Shown: positions 26,201 to 39,912, counted from the first letter of the stretch. The stretch: DNA of 64,000 nt from Ramazzottius varieornatus (GCA_001949185.1 BDGG01000009.1:1291624-1355623); one strand, 5' to 3'. The notes: generated from the sequence alone by a model not told the origin. Program-made: numbers and translations.

Positions 26201-28045
26201 TTCTTCAGCGGACAGCCCGTAGTGACTATTTGCAGAACGAAGATGTGGTTGTGCAGAACGAGGTACAGTATCAACGGGCAGTTGGTTTGTCCTTACAGAA
26301 GATGAGTTGCTGTTGGAAAGCTGCTGCTTTGTTGCAGTTTCTGTCGCTGGCTTTCGATCAAGCTACGGGAGCGCTCAAGTCGCTGACCAACCTGGAGAGT
26401 AAAGACAGCATCGCCATCAGCCAAAGTTTCGGCTACTACATCGGCTCCGTCGGCGATAACTCCAAGGAGGAGTTGAGAGCAGCAGGCGCCTATATATCGC
26501 GACCCAACTGCAGCGACGGATGCTGGAAGGAACTGAAGAGTAACGGCTCCTATGAAGTTGTCAAGGTAAGATGTGCATGTCTCAAGGTAAGGCTGGCCAG
26601 GACGCCTTGTGCATTGCCTGTAGGGAGCCCTGGGACAAGAAGTGCGCCAGTACATCAACCCCTGGATCTCGCAAGTCATACGGCTGCATACCACTTCCAA
26701 GCATGTCAACTTCGAATGGCAAGTTGGGCCAATTCCCATCGGGTGAGTACATGACCGACATCACTTGTCAAATTCATTGTTGCTGATGGGTTGCTGCTCT
26801 GCAGGGACGACGTCGGCAAAGAGATTATCTCGCGCTTTTCCACCAGTATGAAAACGGGCGAAGAATTCTGGACAGACTCCAACGGTCGCCAGAACATTAG
26901 AAGAGTGTAAGGCAACCTTGTGTATTTGTCCACCGTGCTGCACACCCACCCTATTAATAACACGATGACGTTATCATTCATAGTCGCAACTTTCGCTCTA
27001 CCTTCAAGATAAACATTACGGAGCCTGTTGCCAGCAACTACTACCCGGTGGTCGACCGGCTTTTCGTCCGAGACAATGGACAAAAGACGCAACTGACCAT
27101 TCTGACCGATCGCGCTCAAGGTGGCGCCAGCTTGAATGAAGGCCAAGTGGAACTGATGGTACAGTATGTGCTTGCACACATGCGCTTAACATAACAACAA
27201 ATTCTGTTCGGCAGGCATCATTATAGCAATTCTTCACTACGATTGATCTGTTTCCTTGTCGTTTTCATTCTTGGAACGCATGGAAGATTGTGTACTATTG
27301 GGGTTGAAGATTGGCTTTTGGCTGTAGGTGCATCGGCGTCTGCTGGTGGACGACTGGCTGGGTGTGTCGGAGCCTCTGAACGAAGTGGGCCTTGGTCAAG
27401 GGCTGGTCATACGAGGAACGCACCGTCTCATCTTGGCCAAGATTGACAAGTCCGCGGCCCGTTATCGAGCCTTGAGCCAGGCAAGTTACTGGCATCCTAC
27501 CATTCTCTTCACAGCGGTTACAACGCAAGAGTCAAGGCTGGAGGCGCTGAAACAGTCCAGCGTAAGTTGACGATGGCTTACTGCCTCTGCCCCACCTTCC
27601 TCCCTATCCACACTTTCTGTAGTATACGGGCATAGCCGACGCCCTGCCAGACAATGTCAATCTTCTGAGCATCGAGCAATGGAAAGGCTCATCCTTGCTT
27701 GTGCGTCTCGAGCACATGTTCGACATCAACGAGGACCCACTCTTGTCCCAGCCCATTACTGTCGATCTGCAGCATGTCTTTCACGACTTTGACATTCTCG
27801 CCATCCGAGAAATGACGCTGGATGGAAACATCGCTCTGACAGACGTCAACAAATTGACATGGCAAAAACGGGCCTCAAATGGTAAGATCTCCCATCTACC
27901 ATCGTCCAGCGATATCACGTCTTTCTATCACGGTGTGTTTTTTACTGCAGCTCCTCGCAGGAAAGTTTTTGTCAGTGTGGCCAACACAACTGTAACGCTT
28001 TCCCCGATGGAAATCCGTACATTCCAGATCGAAATCAAGCAATGA
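23263..28045 (+). CDS. MAN2B1: Lysosomal alpha-mannosidase (GH38)
   Basis: Signal peptide [14 protein letters not shown]; [22 protein letters not shown]; FIYVETAFF; GGWSMNDEA; GWQIDPFGH; TMGNDF; [10 protein letters not shown]; QHHDAITGT; ends [15 protein letters not shown]. Confidence 0.95.
23436..23606. mobile_element. Young Tc1/mariner-type MITE (171 bp) in intron 1 of the mannosidase gene
   Basis: Perfect 24-bp TIR cagtcctacctgcgagatgtgaca ... tgtcacatctcgcaggtaggactg, flanked by TA on both sides. Confidence 0.9.
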
Positions 28046-30915
28046 CAATATTGTTGAAGCAGTACAGTATCTCGGTGGCTGAAGCAGTGTTGATGTGGTG
28101 TTTCTGGCATTTTACTCACACCATCAATTCATTTTTTATTTGAGGGTCTTTTTGTAATCTATCTATACTTGACTACTGTCTCATGTTGATTGGGTTCAGA
28201 CGCGAGAAGCGCCTTGTTGCGAACAGTATATGGAAATAACGGCGTGTCATCAAGTACATGTGGGCTGAAAGCGTGACAAGTCTGCCGATCAAGCGGCGGT
28301 AAAGGTTCTCAGCAGCAAGCCGAAAAGCTTGAGGCTAGCTACAACTTCCGTCTCCGGCGTCTATAAGGCAAAGTACCTGACAGTCGTGTCGTCTGACTTC
28401 CTCGAATAAACGAGGGCATAGTACGCACATCATGTGCCTCTATGGGCACCGCTCATCAATTCCACATTCTTTGGCACGGCCATACTGTATTTGTTGTTGA
28501 CCGCGGCCATTTCTTTTCCAAATGGCACAAAATGTACAACATCGAGTATCGTTTTGCGCTGGCAATCCGCACAAAATCGCTGACAGTGGAGATGGCCGGT
28601 CGAGCAGACGAGTAAGGCTCTGCCTTTTGGCGGCTGGGTCTTTGCAGCGTCATAGAGCCAGACCAAGGTCGCATACACATGACCGATATCACGCCACAAG
28701 CTCTCATCCATATTTTACGGACACCCAGGAATCCACACACGACCTCATCAAGAATGGCTCTTGTTAATAGATTCAATCAAACAAACAAACAAAGAAGTGT
28801 ATTTCATTTCCGCTTGAAATCGAATCCATAATGATAAACTAGTTGGGTGGGTTCCCACTGATCTTTGGCGGTTACGAAAGTTGTAGTGTACATGGATAGC
28901 CTGGGTGCCGCTTCAGACAAGGTTACAAGTTGCGGTTACAACAATGTCGTCTAGAGTACGTACAGACACAGATACACCTGTCAGCTATCACTCCCGGAAA
29001 GGTCTTTGCCACATTTTTTTTATAATTTTGCTGACTGCTGGATAAAAATGACCCCTATGCATGGCCACATCCCGGATACTCTGTCTGTACCTGACCGCAG
29101 CTTCCGCGGCCACATGTTGGCCAGCCGGCGTCGGCATTCTGTCGGCAAAATCCATCGAGTCTTGCCGAAAAACCTTGGCCGCTTCTGACAAACAAAAATA
29201 TAGCTAGCTCTATCAATTGCAGCATCTGAAGAGCTGCCCGCTATTCTCAATCATGTGTGCATGAATGGACTGCAAGCTCTGCATCAGCTGGAGCATCACT
29301 TTGGCGGAATTAGAGCTTCGCGGCAGACGGACCGGTTGGCGCATTGCTTCGTGACGGACCGCATGGATGTTGCCTCTGAATTCCATCTCGTCGTGCAGCC
29401 GAGTGCTTTTGACAATGAAAGCTCGTGACAACATTAGTCGTGCACGACCCCCAAGCTCTACAAGTCAAAGCTGACATTGAAGAGACAAGAGCCTTTGGGC
29501 CAGTTTGCACACAGCCATAAAGAAAACAGTCTCGTGATGGTCCGTCCGTGGTCGCATCTGAATTAAGACTACGGTAACAAGTTTAGTCGCAGTATGAAAC
29601 ATTTGTCTCGTGCCTTTCATCTGATTGTTAGGCTATGGCATTATATCGCGCAGCTTCCTTCCGTTAGACCCTAAAGTGGATAATGCAAAAGGTACAAGCT
29701 TGGTTCTCGACACAGAGGTGCCCTTATTGTCTGGACAATTAGCTAATGACACAGAGACATCTTCCGCCCATATATACGGGAAGTAACAAAGGCTGCATCT
29801 CTTCATTTCCATCGTCTAGTGAGCCTGCCCAAGCCGAGTGTCTTTCCTAAGCAACGGCTAATTACGCTGTTCACACGCCGTTCCATCTATATAATATGGC
29901 CTGTGTCCAGGCCAGCCGTCCAACAGCAATAATTATAACTGGGAACCTCATGCCGCTTCGCAAAATAACCTGTCGCTCGGAAGGGGCAAGCACAAAGAGA
30001 CTCTTCTTCTATCATTTCCAAAGCCATAGCGCACGCACGCACTTGCCCAATTCGATCAAGAGATGCAGTATTGTACCTCCGATCGATGATGGGAATGATG
30101 TGCTGTAATAATACAAAATGATAAGACAGCGTCAAACCGGTCCACCGTCATTGAAAATGTCGAAAAAAAATCCAGTGAATAACAGTGAGGCAGTGTGATA
30201 ACAAAGAAGAGGAGGTAGCCACTGGTCAAACACGCTTTGTAAGTTATGCCACATGTCAAAATTAATGCTTTGTCTCTACCATATTTTTCTCATCCAGCCA
30301 TCACCACCATTCATCATACAATGACGGCCCACTAATAATGTAAGGTGTCAGGAGACCAGCGAGGAAGCCAGCAAAGCACTTCCCTAGATATAGACACACC
30401 ATATTATGCCGTCTATCCCCACAGAGCAAGCCACGCTGCCTGGCCCAACGGTACCTGTTGCGCTTTTAGCTACAAGTCTAGCTTTAGGAAATTAAGCGGT
30501 TCTTTGATGTATCCGGGAAAGGCTGGAAAGATTGCTTCGTCCACGCGGATCCGCTGCTGTCGTTTTTCTGCCAAAGAAGAAGGGTCGCATACTGCCGGCA
30601 CACACTAACGAGTGATTACGTTCGGACTTCCTGATTGCTGCCTGACTGCCGACACAACTCTTTGTTCTTCACGCCTGCATTTATCACCGGAATATCACCA
30701 CCCGAAAAACTTGGCCTAGGTGACGCTTTGGCCAATCTATTCAACTGAAAATCAGATGGTAGATTTGAGCAGTGCCGCAGTGGAATAATACTGAGGCATC
30801 TTCAGTCCTCCAGGCTTATTTATCCATATTATTATCTCCTTGCTTCATCTGTCTCTGTATACGTTTTTTTAACATCTGCCAGTATTACGTCTTGGCTGTA
30901 CATTGCTGGCAGCTG

Positions 30916-30936
30916 CAACCAACCAACCAACCAACC
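30916..30936 (+). repeat. (CAAC)5 microsatellite upstream of the P450 gene
   Basis: caaccaaccaaccaaccaacc, followed at ~31037-31078 by degenerate (CCAT/CCAG)n. Confidence 0.8.
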
Positions 30937-31283
30937 GCCCGATCAAATCAAGCAAAACCGGCCAAAGTCTCCATCGGTGCTGTACAGCTGACTTTGGCGA
31001 ACTTGACATTGATGCGCCACTCCGCAGCTCGTTCGATCCATCCATCTATCCGTCCATCCAGCCGGCCAGCCAGCCAGTGAGCAGCCACTTCCAACCAAGT
31101 ACTTAAAGCCCCTCGCTGTCAAACTTCAAGATCTACTCTGACCAAGTCATCTGGCTGTAGCCACCACGCTCCACCATTTTCTCTTTTGCACGGCCTTTTC
31201 CATTGCCACAGCAATACGGCAAAGGCCGGCAAGGACCGAAGCAGCTTTCCGATACTTCACTGGCCTTTGATCCTTTATTCGAC

Positions 31284-33862
31284 ATGTATCTCATCTTCTT
31301 CAATATTGCCCTCTGGTCCGCCGTCGTCTACTGCATAGCTCGGACCATCAAGCAGTCCTTCGAAGCCGAAGTTCGCCACATCATCGGCCTCTTCAGGGAC
31401 CCCAAGCTGCCGCCTGGACCTTTGGGCATTCCCTTCTTTGGCTCTCTGTCGTCGGTGGCCGGTACCGACAGTTACACAGCCTTTAGCCAACTTGCAAAGC
31501 GTTATGGCGGACAAGTCTTTCTGCGGGTGGGCAAAAAGAATATTTTCGTCATGCGCGAGCCAGCAATGATCAAGGAAGCCTACCGACAGACCGCCTTCTC
31601 CGACCGGCCCAAAACTTTCTTCAAAGACAAGGACCTCATTGGAAACAAAGGTACGCCAATTTTTTCAACACTCTTCTTGAGGACCCGTGGCACCCATTAG
31701 GCAATAATTGCTGCCGTAGCAAATTCCTTGCGCCCATCCTCAAATTTTCTGCTGAAAGTGATGTACAATGGGAAATGACCGGGTGAGAAAAATTCTTTTA
31801 TGGGAGGCTTGGCTGTGGAATCCCTGGATTTTCCATGACGGAAAAAATTTGTAAATGCTTTTCTGGCGATGGAAAGAAAACCGGGGATCAGATGCGAACT
31901 CGGCGTGGGATTGACAGGTCACTTCCTTCCAGCGGCCATCTCCTCACTTGGTCGGTCGAAGAGGGTAAAGCACGACGAGCTTCAAGTTCATTATCAAGGC
32001 ACTAGAGATGCTAAGGGAAAACATGACATTATGGCGTTGCAATGTATACGTGAAACGAGATCGTGTGTTATCCGGTAGTCTCTTGTTTGCATATGCAAGT
32101 GTAGCGCTGAGGCTAATCTCTGCCATGCAGCTTCCCGGCCATTGGATAGTCTCGTGAGAAACGCGCAGCACTGTAATACAAACTCTATCTTGCAGGCATC
32201 ATCCAATCGACGGGCAACGTATGGCAAGGTATGTAGAGTGTACTTGTGGTTTGAGACGAGAGCTTCCTCATTCAACGGTATTTTTCCCCCTTAACTTACA
32301 GAGCATCGTCGTTTGATCCTCTCAGCTTTCCGTACCATTGGACTGAAATCCTCAGCGTCCGTCACGCCTCGGCCTCAAACTTCACAGATAGCTGAAGTCA
32401 TGCTTCGTGATGTTGAAGAGTACCTGCAGTTCGTCGACCAATTCGTCGTTAACCAAGCGGACGGTCACATCATGCTGGAGAAGCTGACGGGTCGCTTGGC
32501 CGGCTCTTCCATCTCCTCGTGTGTCTTCGGCCTGAAAAAGTCCTTCGCCGACAAGGAGTTCTCACATAATGTGGAGGTGATAGAGGAAGGCTTCTTTGTT
32601 GGTGAGAAGGTGGCGCCCTTCGAGCTTTTCCCTCTGCTGAAGAGTGTGCCCGCCTTGTGGAAGCCCGTCCAGGCCAAGTTGAAGCAGAACCACGGCTGTA
32701 CTTGCAAGTACTTCCGCAGTCAGATTGACGAGAAGGTGGCCACTGAGGCTGCCTGTGATAAGGCAAGGCCAGACAGCCTTATAACCATCTACCGCAACGA
32801 AATGGCCAAAAGAGAAGCCTCCCTCCAGCCTCAGATCCTATCAGGTACCTTTCCCCCTCGACTTGTTCCGTCAGACACATTGCACCAACAAAACCCTCAT
32901 TATTGTGGTTGGCTAACCTTCAACGTTGACAAAAACCATTTTTGTGGTTGGCTAACCTTCAACGTTGACAAAAACCAACTTCCTGCCTAAGCTCGAAACA
33001 TCATTTTGACCCAACCGCACACATCCAACCTTCCGCAACGTCGATATCAAACCTTCTAGCCTGCCAATTTTATCTTACAGAAATTCAGTTGATGCAGACA
33101 ATGACGGACATGTTTTGCGCCGGCACCGAGACGGTCAAGTATTCCCTGATGTGGTCCATGCTGTACATGGCCAAACACCCGGAAGTCCAAGCCGCCGTCC
33201 AGCAAGAGCTCGACGCCTTCGTACGGTCCACCAACTCGTCGCCCAGTTGGCAAGACGTGTCGCTTCTACCCTACACGGAAGCCACCATCCTCGAGTGCTT
33301 ACGAATTCGGCCTGTTCTTCCCTTTGGACACCCCCGTGCTGGTAGGCACCTTATCCAGCCCTCTTTCCTTCCCTGCACTATTCTGAGCCTTGATGAAATT
33401 ATACCAACTCCATTCTACTTTCAGTTCACGACGAGGAGGCGGAAATTCGTGGCTATACCATCCCCAAGAATACCGTCGTTCTGGCCTTGATTTGGGATAT
33501 TCATCAAGACCCTCGTTACTGGGAAAGCCCGCTGGAGTTTCGGCCTTGTCGTTTCATAAATGCCCAAGGACGAACTTTCCGACCAGAGAACTTTCTACCC
33601 TTTGGCACCGGTACGTCTCACGTCTTTACTTCACCTCTCTAGATGATCTGATTTCGATAACCTTGGTTCGTCGGTAGGTCGAAGAGTCTGTCTGGGCGAC
33701 CAAATGGCCATGATGGAGCTCTTCACAGCATTCGCCGCTCTCTTACTACGATACAACTTCAAGCCCTCCCCCGACACCACTTCGGTCGACCTCAGCTGGA
33801 AGATACTGCTGAGCTTACTCATACCCAACGACTTCCGAATCTCCCTCTCCCTACGCTCTTGA
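31284..33862 (+). CDS. Microsomal cytochrome P450, CYP2 clan, most like CYP18
   Basis: N-terminal TM anchor, then PPGPLGIPFFG; C-helix GIIQSTGNVWQEHRR (cf. CYP18A1 GIINSTGKLWKDQRR); I-helix DMFCAGTETV; K-helix ECLR; heme motif PFGTGRRVCLG split by an intron; stop at 33860-33862. P450 identity is firm; the CYP18 subfamily call is tentative. Confidence 0.9.
32898..32975 (+). repeat. Intronic 39-bp tandem duplication (2 copies, 1 mismatch)
   Basis: catt(a/t)ttgtggttggctaaccttcaacgttgacaaaaac x2 within a P450 intron. Confidence 0.9.
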
Positions 33863-34038
33863 CCGACTTTGGTCGACTTGCAAGCAATCCTACATTCCAT
33901 TTTGATGCCGTCGCGACCACATTGTACACATTTTGAGAAAAAGACGGTCTCATCTCTAGCAAAACATTCCAATCAAAGACTACAGCCTTCTCGGCCCTAC
34001 CTATATCCATATGGACTCTTCTGCCGGGAACTCCGAGA

Positions 34039-35499
34039 TCAGGACACCTCATCGGCCATTCCATAGTCGTCGGAAGCTTCTCGTTCAACAGGTTCCTGAA
34101 GCAAAAGAAAACCTTGTGTTTCTCCGTTGTGACAAAAATGTATATTCTGTATATTCACCATTGGTTCCTTGTGCTCTAGATCTTCCCCGTATTGAATACT
34201 GTTGTCGATGATCATCAGTGTTTCCCCAATACAGTCTTCATCCGTCCGATCGAAGGCAAGGAACGATACGTAGCTGTAATCTTCGAACTGCAAAGAAGTA
34301 CTTTTTTGCTGAAGCTGGCTTTATTTAAATTTGTAAGCAATAAACAATTCCTAAACAATAAGCATTACACGTAGGATTAGACAAATAACGACCTATACAA
34401 GAGCGAGTAAAAGAAGACATACCAATGTTGAGATGGCTTTAGTCAGTTTTAGATGCTTCCGTAGCCAAGGTTCGTCTTCCTCTTCGCGTAGCAGATCAGT
34501 GTCCATGTCGAGGAACCTGAATCAAGACAAAGTTCTGTAGCAGGTAGGAGAGGGCTTGGTAGCAAGCAGTGCCACAGGCTCGAGGTGAACCTGCCTCTGT
34601 ACTGCGTTCCTGTCATGCTCGTTGAGGAGGTCCATCTTTGTGACCAAGTTAACGTGGGGTATCTCCAGCGTTATCATGGCCGACAGAGCCACCAGCGCAC
34701 CCGAGAAGAACTTGGTTGCCTCGTTCATGTAGTGGGCGTCAAGGAGGAAGACGCCGCAGGTCCGGATATTCCAGTTGTCCAACTGTTTAATGAGGCTTTT
34801 CATCACCGGCAGGTGCGTATATAGCTCGATCTGCCCTGTTACAGACCATGTCACGTCGCAGTCACAAAGCACCATAGTCGTAAGGACCAACCTGGGCAGT
34901 CGAACAGGAAGTAATCATCCTCCACGCAGCCAAGTTTTTCATCCAGCCAGTCGAGATTTTCGATGAGGTGCCTAGAAAACAAACCCAAGAGTAGAAACCG
35001 ATGACCAGAGAGATCGTCTAAGCAAAATGGCCAATATGCATGCATGCCCTTACTGCAGACAGTAGACCAGTCCACCATTGGGTCCAAGAAGTAAATCTTC
35101 GTCTTCAGTGACATCATCCAGGCTTATTAACTCGCGTATATCTAGAGAGGACAAGTGTTTCGAGCGCGGTCTGGCATCTGGATACATAAGCTGGATTGAT
35201 ATCAACAACGTGCCGCCACTTACCACCTATGACATCGTACTCGAAATACTCGGCAGCCGGATCCAGATTGATGACATACACATTCCTTCCTATCGCCTTG
35301 CAGTGGTTGACAATTGTAGAACAGTAGCTGGACTATGATCATTGAAAGCAAAGAATGACAACGAAAGGCTTATACGGGGATACCAGCAGTTCGAATTTTT
35401 AGGCAAGTGCGCTATGATCATCTAACTCAGACTGACCGAAAGCTGTCGTCTTACCTTACCACTTCCTGCCGGTCCCATGATCAACTGTGCGTAACGCAT
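34039..35499 (-). CDS. GPN3: GPN-loop GTPase 3
   Basis: [15 protein letters not shown]; VINLDPAAE; LGPNGGL (GPN loop); [15 protein letters not shown]; [11 protein letters not shown]; [10 protein letters not shown]; ends ADEVS*. Confidence 0.95.
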
Positions 35500-35906
35500 C
35501 TTAATGATCCAAAGGTTCTGTTCCAGATTAGGATTCAGGAAACTGGACGAACTTGAAGGCTCAGCGAAGAGAAGTTTAGGGAAGGTAGGTCTGGGGAAGA
35601 GAACTGCTGGATGACAGTGTAATAGCGTAATGTCATACGCGGTGTCTAGTATGAATGGAGTCAAGAATAGTGATGTAAACGATGTGTCATCCAGTGACAT
35701 GAAATTTGATTCAGGGACTCAGAGTGTATACTTGTATTTAAATTTGTTCCGGACTCCTGAGTCGATTTGATCTGAATCTATCATCTGGACGTTTTCCCTG
35801 TCGTATCCTACTTCCTGCAAGCCACTGATCAGGTTAGCGAAGAGACTTGTATAGTAAAGTGGGAAGACCGGAGTACCATCTTCTGAAATCTCCGTTTAAC
35901 TTCATC

Positions 35907-36884
35907 ATGCCTGTAAGTGAACCATCTAACTTTTACTCGATGTTGGGCTAGATCGTTGCGTTTAATCATTCCTCTTTTTTATCCTGTATAGGCTTACCAT
36001 TCTCAGCTTACTTCCGACAAGCGTATCGGGAACATGGCTTTATTGCCACTCAAGACGAACTTTAAAGGTCCAGCTCCCAAGATGGCTACTGAAGGTATCA
36101 TATTGTACATGAGATTGTATTGAATGCAGTAGCAGCTGCTGTGCAGTTACTGCAATAGCTGGTACACAGTGTGGTACACTACATCTATAATCGCTCTACA
36201 TAACGATTTTTGGATGTTCTAGGAGACGCACAAGATATCATCGACGAAGCGATTTACTTCTTCAAGGCTAACGTGTTCTTCAGAAACTACGAGATAAAGT
36301 CGGAAGCAGATCGTGCACTGATCTACGTGACATTGTATATTGGCGACTGTCTGAAGAAGCTGCAAAAGGTGTGGTCCACGGTCAAAGCAGCTATTCCTTG
36401 CGTTTTTAACTATATCGTCCAGTGTCTTCTCTGGTACTTACAGTGCAGCAACAAGAGCCAAGCCATCAAAGAACTGAGCACCTTAGCTCTCTCGACATAT
36501 CCGCTTCCAGGAGAAGTCGGCTTCCCTTTAACATCCATGTATGCAAAACCCAAAGACAGAGCTGAAGAAGGTGGGTTCTTTATAGTCTCCGTTTCCCCCA
36601 TGGGCCAGTGAACCTTACTCGACAAAGCGCACACTTTTCCCTAACTTGCTTTTGACAGATAATATGAGGGCCTACTTCCAGCAGCTTCGACAGGAGACTG
36701 GCATGCGACTGATTGACAAAGTCATCGATCCAGCCACGGATAAACCGAGCAAGGTTCGTGGTTTCAAGTTCCTCGTTGTACGGAAAACATCCACACTACA
36801 TGCTCCATGATATTTTTTTAGTGGTGGCTGTGCTTCGCGAAAAGGAAATTTATGGACAAGAGCATGAGTGTTCCTGGTCAATAA
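35907..36884 (+). CDS. ARPC3: Actin-related protein 2/3 complex subunit 3 (p21-Arc)
   Basis: MP|AYHSQL...[17 protein letters not shown]; [31 protein letters not shown]; [13 protein letters not shown]; [15 protein letters not shown]; 6-nt first coding exon. Confidence 0.97.
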
Positions 36885-37193
36885 TCTGCGAATAAGAAGT
36901 TTCTGGTCCATCGGCTGCTGTCTTTTCCGTCAGAGCTGCGCAGTTCGCCTACAGCGAGTCCTCCTGTGCCTACAGTACAGGTTCCCACTTCGTTTCAATA
37001 TTTCACTTCTTGTTTTATCATTTTGAAGATTTCCGTTTTTCTCAAACGATCATCATATTTTGTACAGTCACTGTTAGAGCCGCAAAGAGACAAAGACACT
37101 CGCTACGTTGAGCGCATATCACAATGGTAGAACTTAATCGGGTTGAGACGAGTCAAAGCGACAGCCCGAGTATATGCGGGACTTGGACTTCCT

Positions 37194-39168
37194 TCACCTT
37201 GTTAAAACCTGAATTTTGCGAAACTGGTGGATGTACCTGGCAAAGCTTGATGGTGATATGGTGACGTGAGCAACCAGGAACTGACTGTCGGTCACATCAG
37301 CTTCCAGAAAGTGGACATGAGCTTCTCTATAGAGCCAACTACAAAAGAGAAGAGGATCGTTGCTGTTTGGATCATTACTGCGAATGCGACATGCACCAAA
37401 AGCTCAGTCACCGGGCAAATCTTCAACTACAGTCACCTTACCTCAGTTCAGCTCCGCCTTGAGGTACCCTGATCTGTTTCTCCGTTAGACCAGTGTTACC
37501 AAGTAGAACAGCTTCTATCCGCTCACGCAAGGAGTATAGTCCCGTATTGGCCGTCGCCGAGGTGAAGATGGCGTTGTCTGCTGCACTCACCTTTTCGGGG
37601 CTCTTCTCGATCCTACAACAGCACCGAACATGCAAAACGAGAGTATATTCTGACGAGCTACGCTACTTTCGACCGAGGATGGTAATGGGCTGCTTGCCAC
37701 AAAGCCCAGGCGCACTTACTCTGGAAGCATGTCGACCTTGTTACAAACTTCGATCATACTGTTCAGCAGCTTCTCGGGAAGGGCCAGCTCCCGAAGCTGT
37801 TTCAGCACAGTTTCCTTCTGCGACTTTGTGTCCGGATGACTAACGTCTCGTACCTTCATAATAACCAAGAGACGAGACCATTAGCGAACTTCCTTCTTGC
37901 CCTCGGGCACCGAGAAGAGTTGCAAAGACGCACTTAAAGTTTTCTTACGTGTACGAGAACATCGGCCTCACCAATTTCTTCCAGAACAGCGGCGAAGGAG
38001 GCAATCAGACTGGTTGGAATATCAGAAATGAAGCCGATGGTGTCCACATATAAGACAGACACACTGTTGGGCAGCCTTCCTCCGTGTGATGTGACATCCA
38101 GTGTGGCGAAGAGCTTGTTTTCCGGCTTCATGGTGACGTCTCCTGTCAGAGCTTTGATCAACGAGGTCTTCCCGCAGTTGGTGTAGCCGACCACCGCCAC
38201 GCTGTTTATTTCGTTCTTCTTGCGACCCCGACGCAAGACTGCTCGGTTACTGCGAATCTTGTCCAGTGCGGTCCGCAGTTTCCCTTCTCGGTCCTGCAAC
38301 ACATCCGCACCAACTGTCATTACTCATTAGTACTTCAGCATTATAAAGACAGTGAGGACAAGTCGGCCACCCAGAAATCGACCAGTATTTGAGGGTGGCC
38401 GACTTACCCTGCTTGCATCTGCGTTACGGAATCCGATTACGAGTCTCGGTCTAACTTCCAGAGCTCAGACATACGTACCCTCATTATTTGCCTCTGTAGA
38501 TCCCTCGTTTGACCGCTACCGGAGCCTGCCATCTGAATGCTCGATCCTGGAACCTCACCGATTCCGCCCAGAAGTGCCCGGAAGTAGGGCAGCTCAGCCA
38601 GCGCAACTTGAAGTTTGGCTTCTTTGGTTTTGGCGTGAGCGCGAAATATCTCCAAGACGATTCTATATCTGTCAAAGACAGGCATCCCGAAAGTTTCCCT
38701 ATAGAAGGCCAACTGTTTCTTTTTCAAAGTATTGGAACCAAAGAAGATGGCCGACGCGGAAGTGCGGCAGCTCCGCACAGCTTCCTGAAGTTTCTCAAAG
38801 TTGCCTCTGCCAAAGACGTGTGTACTGTCGTAGCTGCTGACAGGAAGAATAATATGGTCTACAATCTTCCATCCCAGGGTTTCAACCAGCGTCTTGTTCT
38901 CTTCCAGTTGCAGCTGCGGCGTGGTCAGATAGTTTCTATTGGGGCCTATCTTGATGCGAGGTTGAATCAAGAAGAGCTGTTGACTAGTCCCGGGAATGCG
39001 CAGCAGGTCGCGAGCAAGCTCGTATTCCGCCTCCTCCGGCAGCTGCCACGGGGGAACATCTTCGTCCACTTGTTCAAAGCTGGATGCCGAGCGCGCTGTC
39101 ACAGATGGTCCACATCGACAACGCAGGTAAGAGGAAAGCAGTCGACCGGAAGTGCTCTTGAAAAGCAT
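37194..39168 (-). CDS. GTPBP6: Mitochondrial HflX-family GTPase
   Basis: Transit-peptide-like N-terminus; VFDRYRIVLEIFRAHAKTKEAKLQVALAELPY; VAVVGYTNCGKTSLIKALT; LFATLDVT; YVDTIGFISDIP; C-terminal GAELSWLYREA; stop at 37194-37196. Confidence 0.93.
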
Positions 39169-39526
39169 CCTCAATGCGGTGACAGTCGTTAGCTGAACAC
39201 TTACCGGCTTCCATCCACCGGTATTAAATCGCTCCCTTCCTTTCCTGTTGGTAGAGTAGTGTGCGTTGTTTCCTGATGGAGCTAGAGGGGACCGGATCCG
39301 GGAGTTGCAATCGGAGTCATCCGTCCACCATGCACTTATTTCATAATTTATTAGGCTTCTGCAATCTGCGGCAGTGCGGCGTCGAAGGTGTCCATATAGC
39401 CGGCCCTGGGGCGCTCAAATAGCCCTAGAGGCTCAAGGAAATTTTGTCATTTCCGTGTCGGGCACCCCGGGAGTCGCCACGCATCACGGAGCCTGAGCGC
39501 CTGCCAAGAGTAAACAATCCGATTAG

Positions 39527-39912
39527 CACCGAAGTGCTGCTAAACCTCGCCTCCGTCTGAGCACAGTGAGCCAAATAAGCAATAACTAAAACATCTGGCC
39601 ATCAAGAGGACGCGGCACCGACTCGTGAAGTGGAAACCATCGCATCGAACGTGGTTCTGTTGCTTCTTCGAACCCTGTGGCAGGGCAAGCACTCAATCAA
39701 TCGAGAAACTAATGTATTTTGTGTCAGTTCCTGGCCGCGGGAATGGTAGATTGACTGATCTTCCGGTTTAATTACACAGCGCTATTCTATCAGGAGGAAA
39801 TTCATTACGTCATTACGAAAATCGGCCCCACACTGCACCTTGACGATATCAATCGAGAGCTTGATCATGCGGTTTGCTCATCAGCAAGGCGATGTTTAGC
39901 AGCACATCAGTG
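39527..39912. mobile_element. MITE family A, divergent copy 3 (386 bp; 8-bp TSD ccgattag)
   Basis: Ends caccgaagtgctgctaaacc / tttagcagcacatcagtg; ccgattag at 39519-39526 and 39913-39920; collinear internal blocks shared with copy 2 (gactcgt, ggaaacc, catcgaa, tcaatcaa, gattgactgatct, acgtcat). Confidence 0.85.

Noticed and set aside
28100-31200. Ecdysone response element upstream of the CYP18-like gene
   Set aside because: No convincing AGGTCAnTGACCT-type IR1 was found by eye.
32898-32975. CRISPR-like repeat
   Set aside because: Two adjacent copies with no spacer, inside a eukaryotic intron.
37194-39168. Horizontally acquired bacterial hflX
   Set aside because: It has spliceosomal introns, a transit-peptide-like N-terminus and GTPBP6-type motifs, consistent with the ordinary eukaryotic gene.
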